Below are positions 18,303-32,973 of a stretch of DNA of 35,989 bases, piece by piece. The stretch covers positions 1 to 35,989 of the forward strand of contig JAJXSP010000002.1 of assembly GCA_021784515.1 (NCBI GenBank), given 5' to 3'. This stretch comes from Myxococcales bacterium. Its GTDB lineage: Bacteria; Myxococcota_A; Polyangia; Palsa-1104; SHYY01. A program made the translations under genes and the position numbers. Below the pieces are notes generated by a model. It ran no database searches and had not been told where the DNA came from. It worked only from the letters and a program-made list of their open reading frames with translations. How positions within the stretch are numbered: position 1 is the first letter of the stretch; each line of letters starts with the position of its first letter.

Positions 18303-18605
18303 CTAGTGCTTCATGAGCGTGAGCTCGTCGAGGTTCGTAGTGTGACGGTTGCGGAAGATGCCGACGACGATCGCGAGGCCGACCGCCGCTTCCGCCGCCG
18401 CCACCGCGACCACCAGGAACGCCAGCGCCTGGAAGTTCGAGTCGCCGCGCGCCCGCCCGAAGGCGAGCAGGGTGAGGTTCGCCGCGTTCAACATCAGCTC
18501 GATCGACATGAGGACGATGAGCGCGTTGCGTCGCAGCAGGACACCCACCACGCCGATGGCGAACAGCAAGCCAGCGACGAGCAGGTAGTGATCGACCGGG
18601 ATCAT
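18303..18605 (-). CDS. nuoK: NADH-quinone oxidoreductase subunit K
   Basis: 100 aa. MIPVDHYLLVAGLLFAIGVVGVLLRRNALIVLMSIELMLNAANL...AAAEAAVGLAIVV. The ATG shares one nt with the nuoJ stop (TGATG). Confidence 0.92.
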   Translation of the reverse strand: MIPVDHYLLVAGLLFAIGVVGVLLRRNALIVLMSIELMLNAANLTLLAFGRARGDSNFQALAFLVVAVAAAEAAVGLAIVVGIFRNRHTTNLDELTLMKH

Positions 18606-19200
18606 CAGTGCTCTCCGTGCGCCGGCGGGGTCGGCGGCTCCTGCGACGCCGGCGGCGCGTGCTTCACCGTGCGCGCGACGACCACCGCGCCGATCACCGC
18701 CACCAGGAGGAGCAGCGAGATCGCCTCGAACGGGAAGAGGTAGGTGGTGAAGAGCGCGTTGCCGACGTCGGCGACACCACCCCAGCCGGGCTTCGGGGCC
18801 TCGGTGTGGTAGGCGCCCTGCTTCGTCAGCAGCGCGCTCGCCCCGAGGAGGAACGTGCCGCCGAGCAGCGTGAGGTAGCCGAGCGCGCCGATGCCGAGCG
18901 CCTTGCCGACGATGCCGCGCAACGCCCAAGGCTCCCGCTCGTCGCGGTTCAGCACCATCACGACGAACACGAACAGCGTCATGATCGCGCCGGCGTAGAC
19001 GAGCACCTGGATCGCGGCGAGGAATTGCGCCGACAGGAGCGTGAACATCGCCGCCAGCCCGAAGAAGGTGGCGACGAGCGACATCGCCGCGACGACGGTG
19101 TTGCGGCGCGTGATGGTCAGCAGCGCCCCGCCGAGGACGACGGCGGTGCAGACCCAGAAGACGATCGTCTGGCCGAGGTGGCCCTCCGCTGCGGCGGGCA

Positions 19201-19201
<1 letters not shown>
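18605..19201 (-). CDS. nuoJ: NADH-quinone oxidoreductase subunit J
   Basis: 198 aa. FLAAIQVLVYAGAIMTLFVFVVMVL and LFPFEAISLLLLVAVIGA. The ATG shares one nt with the nuoF stop (TGATG). Confidence 0.88.
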
Positions 19202-20562
<1,361 letters not shown>

Positions 20563-20564
20563 CG

Positions 20565-21095
20565 CTAGGCGCCTTTCTCGACGGGGCCGGGAAGAAGTGT
20601 CCGCTCGAGCTGGGGCTGGCGGCGCAGCTCCTCGATCATCGCGTCGACCTTCTCCTTGGAATCGAGGCGCAGGAAGTAGCGCTGGCCGCACAGCGCCATC
20701 GGCGCGTCGGCGCAGGCGGCGAGGCACTCCTCCTCGACGATCGAGAAGGCGCCGTCGGGCGTCTTCTCACCGGGCTGGATGCCCAGCCGCTCGCACACCT
20801 GCTTCAGCACGTCGTAGCCGCCGGTGAGCATGCAGGCGACGTTGGTGCAGACGCGCAGGATGTTGGTGCCCGCGGGCTCGCGACGGAACATCGTGTAGAA
20901 CGTCACGACGCCGTAGACGTGCGAGACGGGGAGCTTGAGGGCCGTCGCCACGAGTTGGATCGCCTCGTCGGAGAGGAATCCGAACTCGTCCTGCGCGAGG
21001 TGGAGCACCGGCATGCTGGCGGCCTGTGCGTCGGGGTACTGTTTGATGAGCGCCTCGATGCGGCGGGCGGACTCGGTCGAGAACGAGAGGGGCAT
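20565..21095 (-). CDS. nuoE: NADH-quinone oxidoreductase subunit E
   Basis: 176 aa. VYGVVTFYTMFRREPAG, RVCTNVACMLTG, and ECLAACADAPM (2Fe-2S ligands). Confidence 0.9.
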   Translation of the reverse strand: MPLSFSTESARRIEALIKQYPDAQAASMPVLHLAQDEFGFLSDEAIQLVATALKLPVSHVYGVVTFYTMFRREPAGTNILRVCTNVACMLTGGYDVLKQVCERLGIQPGEKTPDGAFSIVEEECLAACADAPMALCGQRYFLRLDSKEKVDAMIEELRRQPQLERTLLPGPVEKGA

Positions 21096-21277
21096 GGGTT
21101 TGACGGGAGGCGAAGCTATGAGATGCGACCACGCGTGTCAAGGACGGGTCGGCAGATGGTCGCCGTCCATGGCCTCGGCCGGCGTGGTGGCCGGCGGGCG
21201 CGCGTCGGGATGGGGCTGAGAGCGCGAGCAAGAATCCCGGACCGAGCCGGCGCGCCGAGCCGCGCGCAGCGCAAGGA

Positions 21278-21320
21278 GCAAGGAGGGAGGATACCGGGAG
21301 TACCTGACCGACGAGCGACG
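21278..21320. repeat. repeat-B copy 3 (diverged), upstream of nuoE
   Basis: GCAAGGAGGGAG-GATACCGGGAGTACC-TGACCGACGAGCGACG aligns position-for-position (12+15+16 nt) with repeat-B copy 1. The flanks are near-identical and the 15-nt centre is different but again a small stem-loop. Confidence 0.55.
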
Positions 21321-21378
21321 CGGCGATGCGCCGCGGCTCGGCGATGACGGCGACGGGAGTGGATTCCTGCTCACGCTC

Positions 21379-21798
21379 TCAGCCGGTCTCCTCGCGGGCA
21401 CGGCGCTCGTCGACCTCGCGCATCGCCGCGCGCGCGCGGTCGCCGCGTTCGCCCTTCTCGGCGGCCCACGAGCGGAGCGTCCACTCCGCCTCGCGACGCC
21501 CGTCGGGGGCGGGATCGTACAGCGCGAGGTGGCGCAGGAGCGGCGCGGCGTCCCCGTCGCCGATCTTGCGGATGGCGAGGATGAGGTTCTTGCGGCCCGC
21601 GGGCTCGGCGGTGTGCAGCGCGGCCTCCACCGGCGGGAGCGCGCGGCGGCCGTGGCGCGCGAGGCGCTCGGCGGCCGGCGTCACCGACGAGCCCTCGAGG
21701 AGCGTCAGCCCCTGCACCTCGCCGCGGATCGCCTCGTCGGCGTCGTCGCAGCCGGGCGCGAGGGCGAGGACGGCGACGAGGAGCGCGGCGCGCGGCAT
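21379..21798 (-). CDS. lipoprotein with HEAT-like repeats
   Basis: MPRAALLVAVLALAPGC is a signal peptide with a lipobox. The rest is helical and PBS/HEAT-like (LPPVEAALHTAEPAGRKNLILAIRKIGDGDAAPLLRHLAL). ATG at 21798 chosen within the longer track ORF. Confidence 0.6.
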   Translation of the reverse strand: MPRAALLVAVLALAPGCDDADEAIRGEVQGLTLLEGSSVTPAAERLARHGRRALPPVEAALHTAEPAGRKNLILAIRKIGDGDAAPLLRHLALYDPAPDGRREAEWTLRSWAAEKGERGDRARAAMREVDERRAREETG

Positions 21799-21883
21799 GG
21801 CGCCCGACTCTAGCCGCGCCCGCGCCGGTTGCCAAATGGAAGGCGGGCGGTAAGGGCCTGTCGCGGGACAAGGCGCGCGGGGA

Positions 21884-21956
21884 TCGGCGTCGAGGCGCCC
21901 GACCCGGCGAGGCGCGAGGAGGGAGCTTGCTCTCTGCAAGTGACCGACGAGCAACG
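21884..21956. repeat. repeat-B copy 1 (intergenic)
   Basis: TCGGCGTCGAGGCGCCCGACCCGGCGAGGCGCGAGGAGGGAGCTTGCTCTCTGCAAGTGACCGACGAGC is shared almost exactly (one substitution, one indel) with 35849-35918. It contains the hairpin CTTGC-TCTCT-GCAAG. Confidence 0.8.
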
Positions 21957-22025
21957 AAGCCGGCCGGGATGCATCGGCGTCGAAACCGCGTGGATTATTC
22001 CGCGACCGGCCCTTAAGGTAGCCCG

Positions 22026-22400
22026 ATGAGCACGATGCGTCCCAGCCCGTGGTCGATCGGGATCGTCATGCTCGCCGTCGGCGCCGGCTCGGTCGCCTTC
22101 GCGGGCACGCACGGCGTGCCACCGACGGCGGCCTCGATCGCGGCGGCGGCGGTGCTGTGCGCGGGCGGCGTGGCGATGCTGGTGCGGCGGCGCTGGTCGT
22201 TCTGGGTTGCGCTCGGCGCCGCGCTGGCGACGGTGGCACTCGCGGTGGTGAACTTCGTCTTCCGTCGCGAGCCGCCGATCGGGCTGCCGCTGCCGTCGAT
22301 CGTCACGCTCGTGATCGGCCTCTACCTCACGCTGCGCATCCTGCTCGCCAAGAGCGCGTTCGATCCCCCGCTCCCGCCCGTCGAGACCGACGAGCCGTAG
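22026..22400 (+). CDS. small integral membrane protein (4 predicted TM helices)
   Basis: 124-aa ATG ORF with four hydrophobic stretches separated by R-rich loops (VRRRWSFW, FRREPP). No family recognised. Confidence 0.5.
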   Translation: MSTMRPSPWSIGIVMLAVGAGSVAFAGTHGVPPTAASIAAAAVLCAGGVAMLVRRRWSFWVALGAALATVALAVVNFVFRREPPIGLPLPSIVTLVIGLYLTLRILLAKSAFDPPLPPVETDEP

Positions 22401-22445
22401 CATTCATCCAACTTCGGCCACGTTCGTCCGTGGTCGAGGATCGCG

Positions 22446-24509
<2,064 letters not shown>

Positions 24510-24726
24510 ATCTTCCGTCGATTGAAACGAGACGGTGCCCGGACGGCTCCCTACCAACGCCGCCCCCGCCGCCACGGACCGCCACCCCGCTCACCTCGCC
24601 GTCCGGGCACCGCTCGACGAAGTGACTTTGCAGTCGGCGCGCCACCGCCGCCTCCGCCGCGATCGCAGCGCCGTCCGGCGGCCGGACGCCCGCCCGGGTT
24701 CCCGCCGGACGATCCCTCTTCCGTAC

Positions 24727-25215
24727 CTACTCCGCGGGGAGGAACTTCACTTCCCGGATGTCGTACTCCTTGTTGCCTTTCGGAGTACGCACCGTCACCG
24801 TGTCGCCGACACAGCGCCCGATCAGCGCGCGAGCGAGCGGCGCGGTCACCGAGAGCCGCCCTGCCTTGATGTCCGCTTCGTGCTCGCCGACGATCGTGTA
24901 GGCCACGTCGTCGCCCGACTCACCCTCGGTCAGCTCGACGGTGGCGCCGAAGACCACCTTCTCGCCGGACAGCTTCCCCGGATCGATCACGTTGGCCAGC
25001 GCGATCGTCCCCTCCAGCTCCTTGATCCGGCCCTCGTTGAACGACTGGGCCTCCTTGGCGGCGGAGTACTCGGCGTTCTCGGAGAGGTCGCCGTGCGCCC
25101 GCGCCTCCTCGATCGCCAGCACGATCTTCGGGCGCTCGGTATCCTTGCGGCGGCGCAGCTCGTCCCTCAGCTGGGTGAGCCCCCGCGGGGTCATGGGGAT
25201 CTTTTCGTCGGCCAT
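24727..25215 (-). CDS. greA: transcription elongation factor GreA
   Basis: IPMTPRGLTQLRDELRRRK...EARAHGDLSENAEYSAAKEAQSFNEGRIKELE...ISVTAPLARALIG...V. 162 aa from the ATG at 25215. The upstream 146 codons of the track ORF are rejected. Confidence 0.93.
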   Translation of the reverse strand: MADEKIPMTPRGLTQLRDELRRRKDTERPKIVLAIEEARAHGDLSENAEYSAAKEAQSFNEGRIKELEGTIALANVIDPGKLSGEKVVFGATVELTEGESGDDVAYTIVGEHEADIKAGRLSVTAPLARALIGRCVGDTVTVRTPKGNKEYDIREVKFLPAE

Positions 25216-25429
25216 GGTTGCGTCGTCCTCGGGGGAAAAGAGCGCGGGATGATACACGCGATGCTCCTCCGCGTCGAGGCGGAGCAGCCAAGAAACGCGC
25301 GGCGCCGTCGCCGGGCGTGCGCTCCAGCTTCGGCGCTCGCCGTGTGACCGTCGCGCGCCGGAGGCGCGGATGCCGAAGACGCTGCCCGAAAGCGGAGTTC
25401 TGCAGCGGCGGGCCCTGTACTCCCTTGAT

Positions 25430-25652
25430 TCAATGACTCGAGATCCACCTTGCAGCCGTCTTTCGGGTCGCCGTTGCAGTCCTTGAACGTCCCCATTCAC
25501 CCGTCGACGGCGCAGGCCGAGTTGCCGCAGGTCCAGTCGCCGTCCTTTCCGGCGCACGCAATGCCGCACTGGCCGCAATTGGAGACGTCTTTGGTCAAAT
25601 CGGCGCAGGCGCCCACGCAGCGGGTGTTCCCGTCGGCGCAGGAGGTGCCGCA
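25430..25652 (-). pseudogene. frameshifted remnant of a Cys-rich secreted repeat protein (NCGxCG / DCxG..DGCE.dL type)
   Basis: One minus-strand frame reads CGTSCADGNTRCVGACADLTKDVSNCGQCGIACAGKDGDWTCGNSACAVDG* (stop at 25497-25499). A different frame continues GTFKDCNGDPKDGCKVDLES. Together these reproduce the repeat architecture common in myxobacterial secreted proteins. There is no start codon or signal peptide, and the 5' side abuts the divergent gene at 25730. Confidence 0.4.
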
Positions 25653-25729
25653 CGCGCCCCGGACGGAGGGCCCTCGGGCGCGCCCCGATACCCTGTACGC
25701 GCGCCCCCGCCCTCGGCTATGGTGCCCAC

Positions 25730-28327
25730 ATGAAGCGCCTGCTCATGTCGCTCGCCGTCGCCGGGTGCGGCGCCCTCCCCCCGCCGCCGCCGGTGGTCGA
25801 CGGGGGCTCCCCGCTCCCCTCCTTCCAATCCAACTGCACGGTCTCGGCGCCGCCGCCCGAGGCGAAGCTGCCCGCCGGCCACCTCGACGACCACTCGGCC
25901 ATTCTCCCGGGCGGGCGAAAGGTGACGCCCGCCGGCACGCTGCTCGACACCGGCGGCTTCCCGATCGCACTGCGCGTGCTCCCCGGCGATCGCTACGCCG
26001 TGGTGAGCGACGACGCGGTGAAGGACCAGGCGCTCCTCCTCGTCGACCTCGAGGCGGCCGATCCCGGAAAGCCGATCGTCTCGGCCATCCAATACCCGAT
26101 TGGCCAGGGTGGCCCGCACGCGGGCGGCCTGTTCTACGGCCTCGCCGTCACGCCCGACGGAAAGCGCCTTTACGTCTCCAATGGCGGCTACGATCCGATC
26201 CCCGACGCGGAGCCCGCCAACAGCCATTACAACACCATCGAGGTCTACGATCTCGAGGGCACGCCGCCGCAACTGGTCAAGAACGACGCCCTCACATTGA
26301 AGCTCTATTTCATGCCATCGGCGGCCGGCACCGTCGAGCGGCTGCCGTCGGGGATAGAGCTTTCGTCCGATCAGAAGCTGCTCTACGTGGCCAATCAATC
26401 GGACAGCACGCTCTCGATCCTCGACCTCGAGCCCGGACCCGATTATGGCGCCGAGATCGGAACGGCAAAGATCCCGGGAGTCGATCCCTACGACGTGGCG
26501 GTCGACGAGGCGACCCACACCGCATTCGTTTCGCTGTGGGGCGGGCTGCAAACGGGTCGCGACCAGTACATCGACGGCGTGGTGCCGGTGGACGTCACCA
26601 ATCCCCACGCGCCCGTCGCCGCGGCGCAACCCATCTCCACCGGCAAGGCGGCCGAGACGGAGCTGTTCCTCGGCGGCAAGATCTACGTCGCCAACGCCGA
26701 CAGCGACACGCTCTCGGTGATCGACGGCGCCTCGAAGCAGGTGCGGACGATGCCCGTCACCAGCTCGATGATCCTCGGCGCCACGCCGACCAACCTGGCC
26801 ATCGATCCCGGGACCGACGGCGGCCCGGGGCGGATCTACCTTGCCGACGCCAACGAGAATTCGGTGGTGGTGCTCGACCTCCAGTCGTTCGCCATCCTCG
26901 GCCACATTCCGACCGGCTGGTATCCCTCGGCGGTCGGCGTGCGCTCCGACGGCGGCCTCGTCATCGCCTCGGCGCGCGGCCTCGGATTCGGGCCGTTCGA
27001 CGGCACCGGCACCAGCGTCAAGGCGGAGGGCATCCTGCAGGTGCTGCCGCGGTCGAGCGACGATCAATTGAAGCAATGGTCGCAGACGGTGGAGGACGAC
27101 GTCGAGCGGCCGCACGCGCTCGAGGCGAAGGTGGTCTGTCCCGCCGGAGCGCCGCTCGCCGAGCAGCGTTTTCCGCTCCCGGTCGCGCCCGGGGCCCCCG
27201 GCGCCATCGAATACGTCTTCCTCATCATTCGCGAGAACAAGACCTACGATTCCGTGTTCGGCGATCTCGGCATCGGCAACGGCGACCCGTCGCTGATGAT
27301 GTGGAACGACGCGGTGATCCCGAATGCGCGGGCGCTCGCCAAGCAGTTCGTGCTCCTCGACAACTTCTACTCGCACGCGGAGCTGTCCATTCAGGGGCAC
27401 GAGTGGACGACGGGCTGCATCGCCAACGATTACATCGAGAAGGGCTGGGGCGCGACGGAGGACTACGGCCGCGGCTACCGCAGCGACATCGCCTTGACGG
27501 CCTCGCCGCTGGGGCGGCTGGGATTCCCCGGCAGCGACAGCATCTGGGTCCACCTCGACAAGGCTGGAGTCGCCTATCACAACTACGGCGAAATCACGAA
27601 CATCAACGGGGCGAAGACCGGGCTCGACGGCAGCTACCCCGGCTACGTGTTCAACACCAACGTCCTCGACGTGCTGAAGGTCGATTACATCGTGCAGAAC
27701 ATCCTCGAGTCGGGCGATCGGCTCGAGCCCTTCTCGTACATGCTGCTGCCCAATGATCACACCAACGCCACCAAGGATCTCTCGCAGACCCCGAGCTCGA
27801 TGATGGCCGACAACGACGAGGCGCTCGGGAAGTTCGTGGACGCCATCTCGCACTCGGACCTGTGGGCGAAATCGCTGATCATCGCGGTCGAGGACGATCC
27901 CGGCGGCAACGGCGACCACGTCGAACAGCACCGTTCGATCTGCCTTTTGGCCTCGCCGTGGCTGAAGCGGGGAGTGGTGGTGAGCTCGATCTTCGACCTC
28001 GGGTCGGTGTACAAGACCGCCGAGCTGATCCTCGGCGTGCCCCCGATGAACACCTACGACGCCCATGCCGCGGCCTTCTACGAGCTGTTCTCCGACACGC
28101 CCGACCTCACGCCGTACACCTATATTCCGCGGAAGGTCCCGATGAAGATGAATGCCGCGGACGACCCGCTCGCCGACGAGAGCAACCGAATGGACTTCAG
28201 CCTTCCCGACCGCGACGACCTCTCGCGCGTGCTCTGGAAGGTGACCCACGGCCGCGAGGCCGAGCCGCCGTGGCTGCAGCGCGCGCCCTCCCGGCGCTTC
28301 GCCGACGACGACGGCGACGGCGATTGA
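25730..28327 (+). CDS. lipoprotein: N-terminal YVTN/beta-propeller repeats fused to a phosphoesterase (phospholipase C / acid phosphatase AcpA) family domain
   Basis: Lipobox MKRLLMSLAVAGC. Propeller-type repeats: GLAVTPDGKRLYVSNGG, IELSSDQKLLYVANQSDSTLSILD, VAVDEATHTAFVSLWGG, KIYVANADSDTLSVID, RIYLADANENSVVVLD. The C-terminal half has IEYVFLIIRENKTYDSVFG, HAELSIQGHEWTT, LPNDHTN and IAVEDDPGGNGDHV, typical of PF04185. Confidence 0.8.
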   Translation: MKRLLMSLAVAGCGALPPPPPVVDGGSPLPSFQSNCTVSAPPPEAKLPAGHLDDHSAILPGGRKVTPAGTLLDTGGFPIALRVLPGDRYAVVSDDAVKDQALLLVDLEAADPGKPIVSAIQYPIGQGGPHAGGLFYGLAVTPDGKRLYVSNGGYDPIPDAEPANSHYNTIEVYDLEGTPPQLVKNDALTLKLYFMPSAAGTVERLPSGIELSSDQKLLYVANQSDSTLSILDLEPGPDYGAEIGTAKIPGVDPYDVAVDEATHTAFVSLWGGLQTGRDQYIDGVVPVDVTNPHAPVAAAQPISTGKAAETELFLGGKIYVANADSDTLSVIDGASKQVRTMPVTSSMILGATPTNLAIDPGTDGGPGRIYLADANENSVVVLDLQSFAILGHIPTGWYPSAVGVRSDGGLVIASARGLGFGPFDGTGTSVKAEGILQVLPRSSDDQLKQWSQTVEDDVERPHALEAKVVCPAGAPLAEQRFPLPVAPGAPGAIEYVFLIIRENKTYDSVFGDLGIGNGDPSLMMWNDAVIPNARALAKQFVLLDNFYSHAELSIQGHEWTTGCIANDYIEKGWGATEDYGRGYRSDIALTASPLGRLGFPGSDSIWVHLDKAGVAYHNYGEITNINGAKTGLDGSYPGYVFNTNVLDVLKVDYIVQNILESGDRLEPFSYMLLPNDHTNATKDLSQTPSSMMADNDEALGKFVDAISHSDLWAKSLIIAVEDDPGGNGDHVEQHRSICLLASPWLKRGVVVSSIFDLGSVYKTAELILGVPPMNTYDAHAAAFYELFSDTPDLTPYTYIPRKVPMKMNAADDPLADESNRMDFSLPDRDDLSRVLWKVTHGREAEPPWLQRAPSRRFADDDGDGD

Positions 28328-28368
28328 TCGCCGCCGCGAACAACCCAGTTGCCCGCTAGGAGAACGCC

Positions 28369-28953
28369 ATGATCGACCACGTCAGCTTGAAGGTCAGTGA
28401 CTTCGAAAAAGCCAAGGAGTTCTACAAGGCCGCCCTCGCGCCGCTCGGCTACCAGCTCATGATGGAGTTCCCGGGCCACGCCGGCTTCGGCGCGGAGGCG
28501 CCCGATTTCTGGCTGACCGCCAGCGACCAGCCGATCAACCCGGCGCACGTCGCCTTTTCGGCCGGCCGCCCGACGGTGGACGCGTTCTACGAGGCGGCCC
28601 TCGCAGCCGGCGCCAAGGACAATGGCGCCCCGGGCCTGCGCCCCCAATACCACCCCGACTACTATGGGGCATTCGTGCTGGACCCCGACGGCAACAACGT
28701 CGAGGCCTGCTGCCACCTGCCCGAGGGCGCCGTGAAGAAGGCGGCGCGCAAGCCGGCGAAGAAGCCCGCGGCGAAGAAGCCGGCCGCGAAGAAGCCGGCC
28801 GCCAAGAAGCCCGCCGCCAAGAAGCCCGCCGCCAGGAAGCCCGCCGCCAGGAAGCCCGCCGCCAGGAAGCCCGCCGCCAAGAAGCCTGTGAAGAAGCCGG
28901 CCGCGAAGAAGCCCGCCGCCAGGAAGCCGGTCAAGAAGCCCGCCAAGCGGTAG
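28369..28953 (+). CDS. VOC (glyoxalase/bleomycin-resistance) family protein fused to a 72-aa (K/R)KPAA-repeat basic tail
   Basis: RBS TAGGAGAAC. MIDHVSLKVSDFEKAKEFYKAALAPLGY...HVAFSA...YGAFVLDPDGNNVEA is a VOC fold signature. From residue 123 the protein is KKAARKPAKKPAAKKPAAKKPAAKKPAAKKPAARKPAARKPAARKPAAKKPVKKPAAKKPAARKPVKKPAKR. Confidence 0.85.
   Translation: MIDHVSLKVSDFEKAKEFYKAALAPLGYQLMMEFPGHAGFGAEAPDFWLTASDQPINPAHVAFSAGRPTVDAFYEAALAAGAKDNGAPGLRPQYHPDYYGAFVLDPDGNNVEACCHLPEGAVKKAARKPAKKPAAKKPAAKKPAAKKPAAKKPAARKPAARKPAARKPAAKKPVKKPAAKKPAARKPVKKPAKR
28735..28950 (+). repeat. tandem 15-bp coding repeat (AAGAAGCCSGCCGCS), about 14 imperfect units
   Basis: Direct reading of 28741-28950. The units encode KKPAA/RKPAA/KKPVK with synonymous variation. 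Confidence 0.9.
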
Positions 28954-28981
28954 CTTTCCAAAGAATGTTTCGCCGCGATTC

Positions 28982-32356
<3,375 letters not shown>

Positions 32357-32383
32357 GGCGCGTGGAGTCTTGCGCGTCGGCGC

Positions 32384-32460
32384 CCCCGGATCAACCCCGG
32401 ATCAACCCCGGATCAACCCCGGATCAACCCCGGATCAACCCCGGATCAAGCCCGGATCAA
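32384..32460. repeat. tandem 11-bp repeat, 7 units (CCCCGGATCAA x6 perfect plus GCCCGGATCAA), 28 bp upstream of the carB start
   Basis: Direct reading of 32381-32460. On the carB sense strand the unit is TTGATCCGGGG. Confidence 0.95.
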
Positions 32461-32737
32461 GGGTCACCCACGCCTGTAACTTCTCAATAACTGGTGGCAA
32501 CAACCGAGTTGAGGGTGGCTCGGGTGTCGATCGGAGCCGGCGTCTGAGGGCGCTCCGCCGCGTCCGCGCGGCGGATGCCAGCCCGAAGCCGAGGCGCCTG
32601 CCCGACGGCGTCTGCGCCGGCGGCTAAGGCGCCGTCCGGCGGAGAGCGATACCCGAGCCGCCCGGCATTGGCTGCCACGACTTTTTGAGAAGCTACCCCA
32701 CGCCTGGCCCAACCTACGGATATCGTTACTGGTTCTA

Positions 32738-32805
32738 CCCATGACGACCAGGAGCGCGCGGAGAACGGGCGCCGCGCCGTCCTCGGGGAGCCTGGTCGTC
32801 ATGGG
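32738..32805. other. long perfect-stem hairpin (15-bp stem, structured 38-nt interior) in the carB / aro intergenic region
   Basis: CCCATGACGACCAGG (32738-32752) and CCTGGTCGTCATGGG (32791-32805) are exact reverse complements. The interior GGAGAACGG...CCGTCCTC can extend the pairing. Confidence 0.7.
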
Positions 32806-32950
32806 CTGGAAGGCAGCTGTTTCCGGCGAGTTGAAGGTGGCGGGAGTGACCCCGTGCGCCATCGCTCGGATTTCGCGTGCGGTGCCGCACGCCGGGAGGC
32901 GCGGCCGTTCACTGTCGAGCGGGCGCCCCGACGGAGAGCATTCGGGACTA

Positions 32951-32973
32951 TTGACGCGCGTCAAGTTCGCGAA
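32951..32973. promoter_or_regulatory. adjacent perfect palindromes TTGACGCGCGTCAA and TTCGCGAA upstream of the chorismate mutase/DAHP synthase gene (candidate operator or -35 region)
   Basis: The 14-bp and 8-bp perfect palindromes (32951-32964 and 32966-32973) lie 62-84 bp upstream of the TTG start at 33035. TTGACG resembles a sigma-70 -35 hexamer. No convincing -10 seen. Confidence 0.3.

Noticed and set aside
21914-21956. Tested whether repeat-B on the minus strand (GGTCACTTGCAGAGAGC) is a sigma-54 promoter (GG-N10-GC).
   Set aside because: The spacing does not fit: position +12/13 after the GG is AG, not GC, and the diverged copy 3 lacks TTGC altogether.
24538-24695. Inverted repeats between the convergent DUF255 gene and greA (CCCGGACGGC ... 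GCCGTCCGGG 50 nt apart; CGTCCGG-CGG-CCGGACG) as possible bidirectional terminators.
   Set aside because: There is no U/T run on either side and such GC palindromes are frequent at this composition, so this is not strong enough to annotate.
24727-25653. 308-aa version of the greA ORF with a 146-aa N-terminal extension.
   Set aside because: The extension is Arg-rich nonsense in this frame. The true GreA N-terminus (MADEKIPMTPRGL) starts at 25215. The extension region instead contains the out-of-frame Cys-rich remnant.
32384-32460. Considered whether the 11-bp tandem array could be a CRISPR array.
   Set aside because: The units are contiguous with no spacers and are far too short. No cas genes are in the window.
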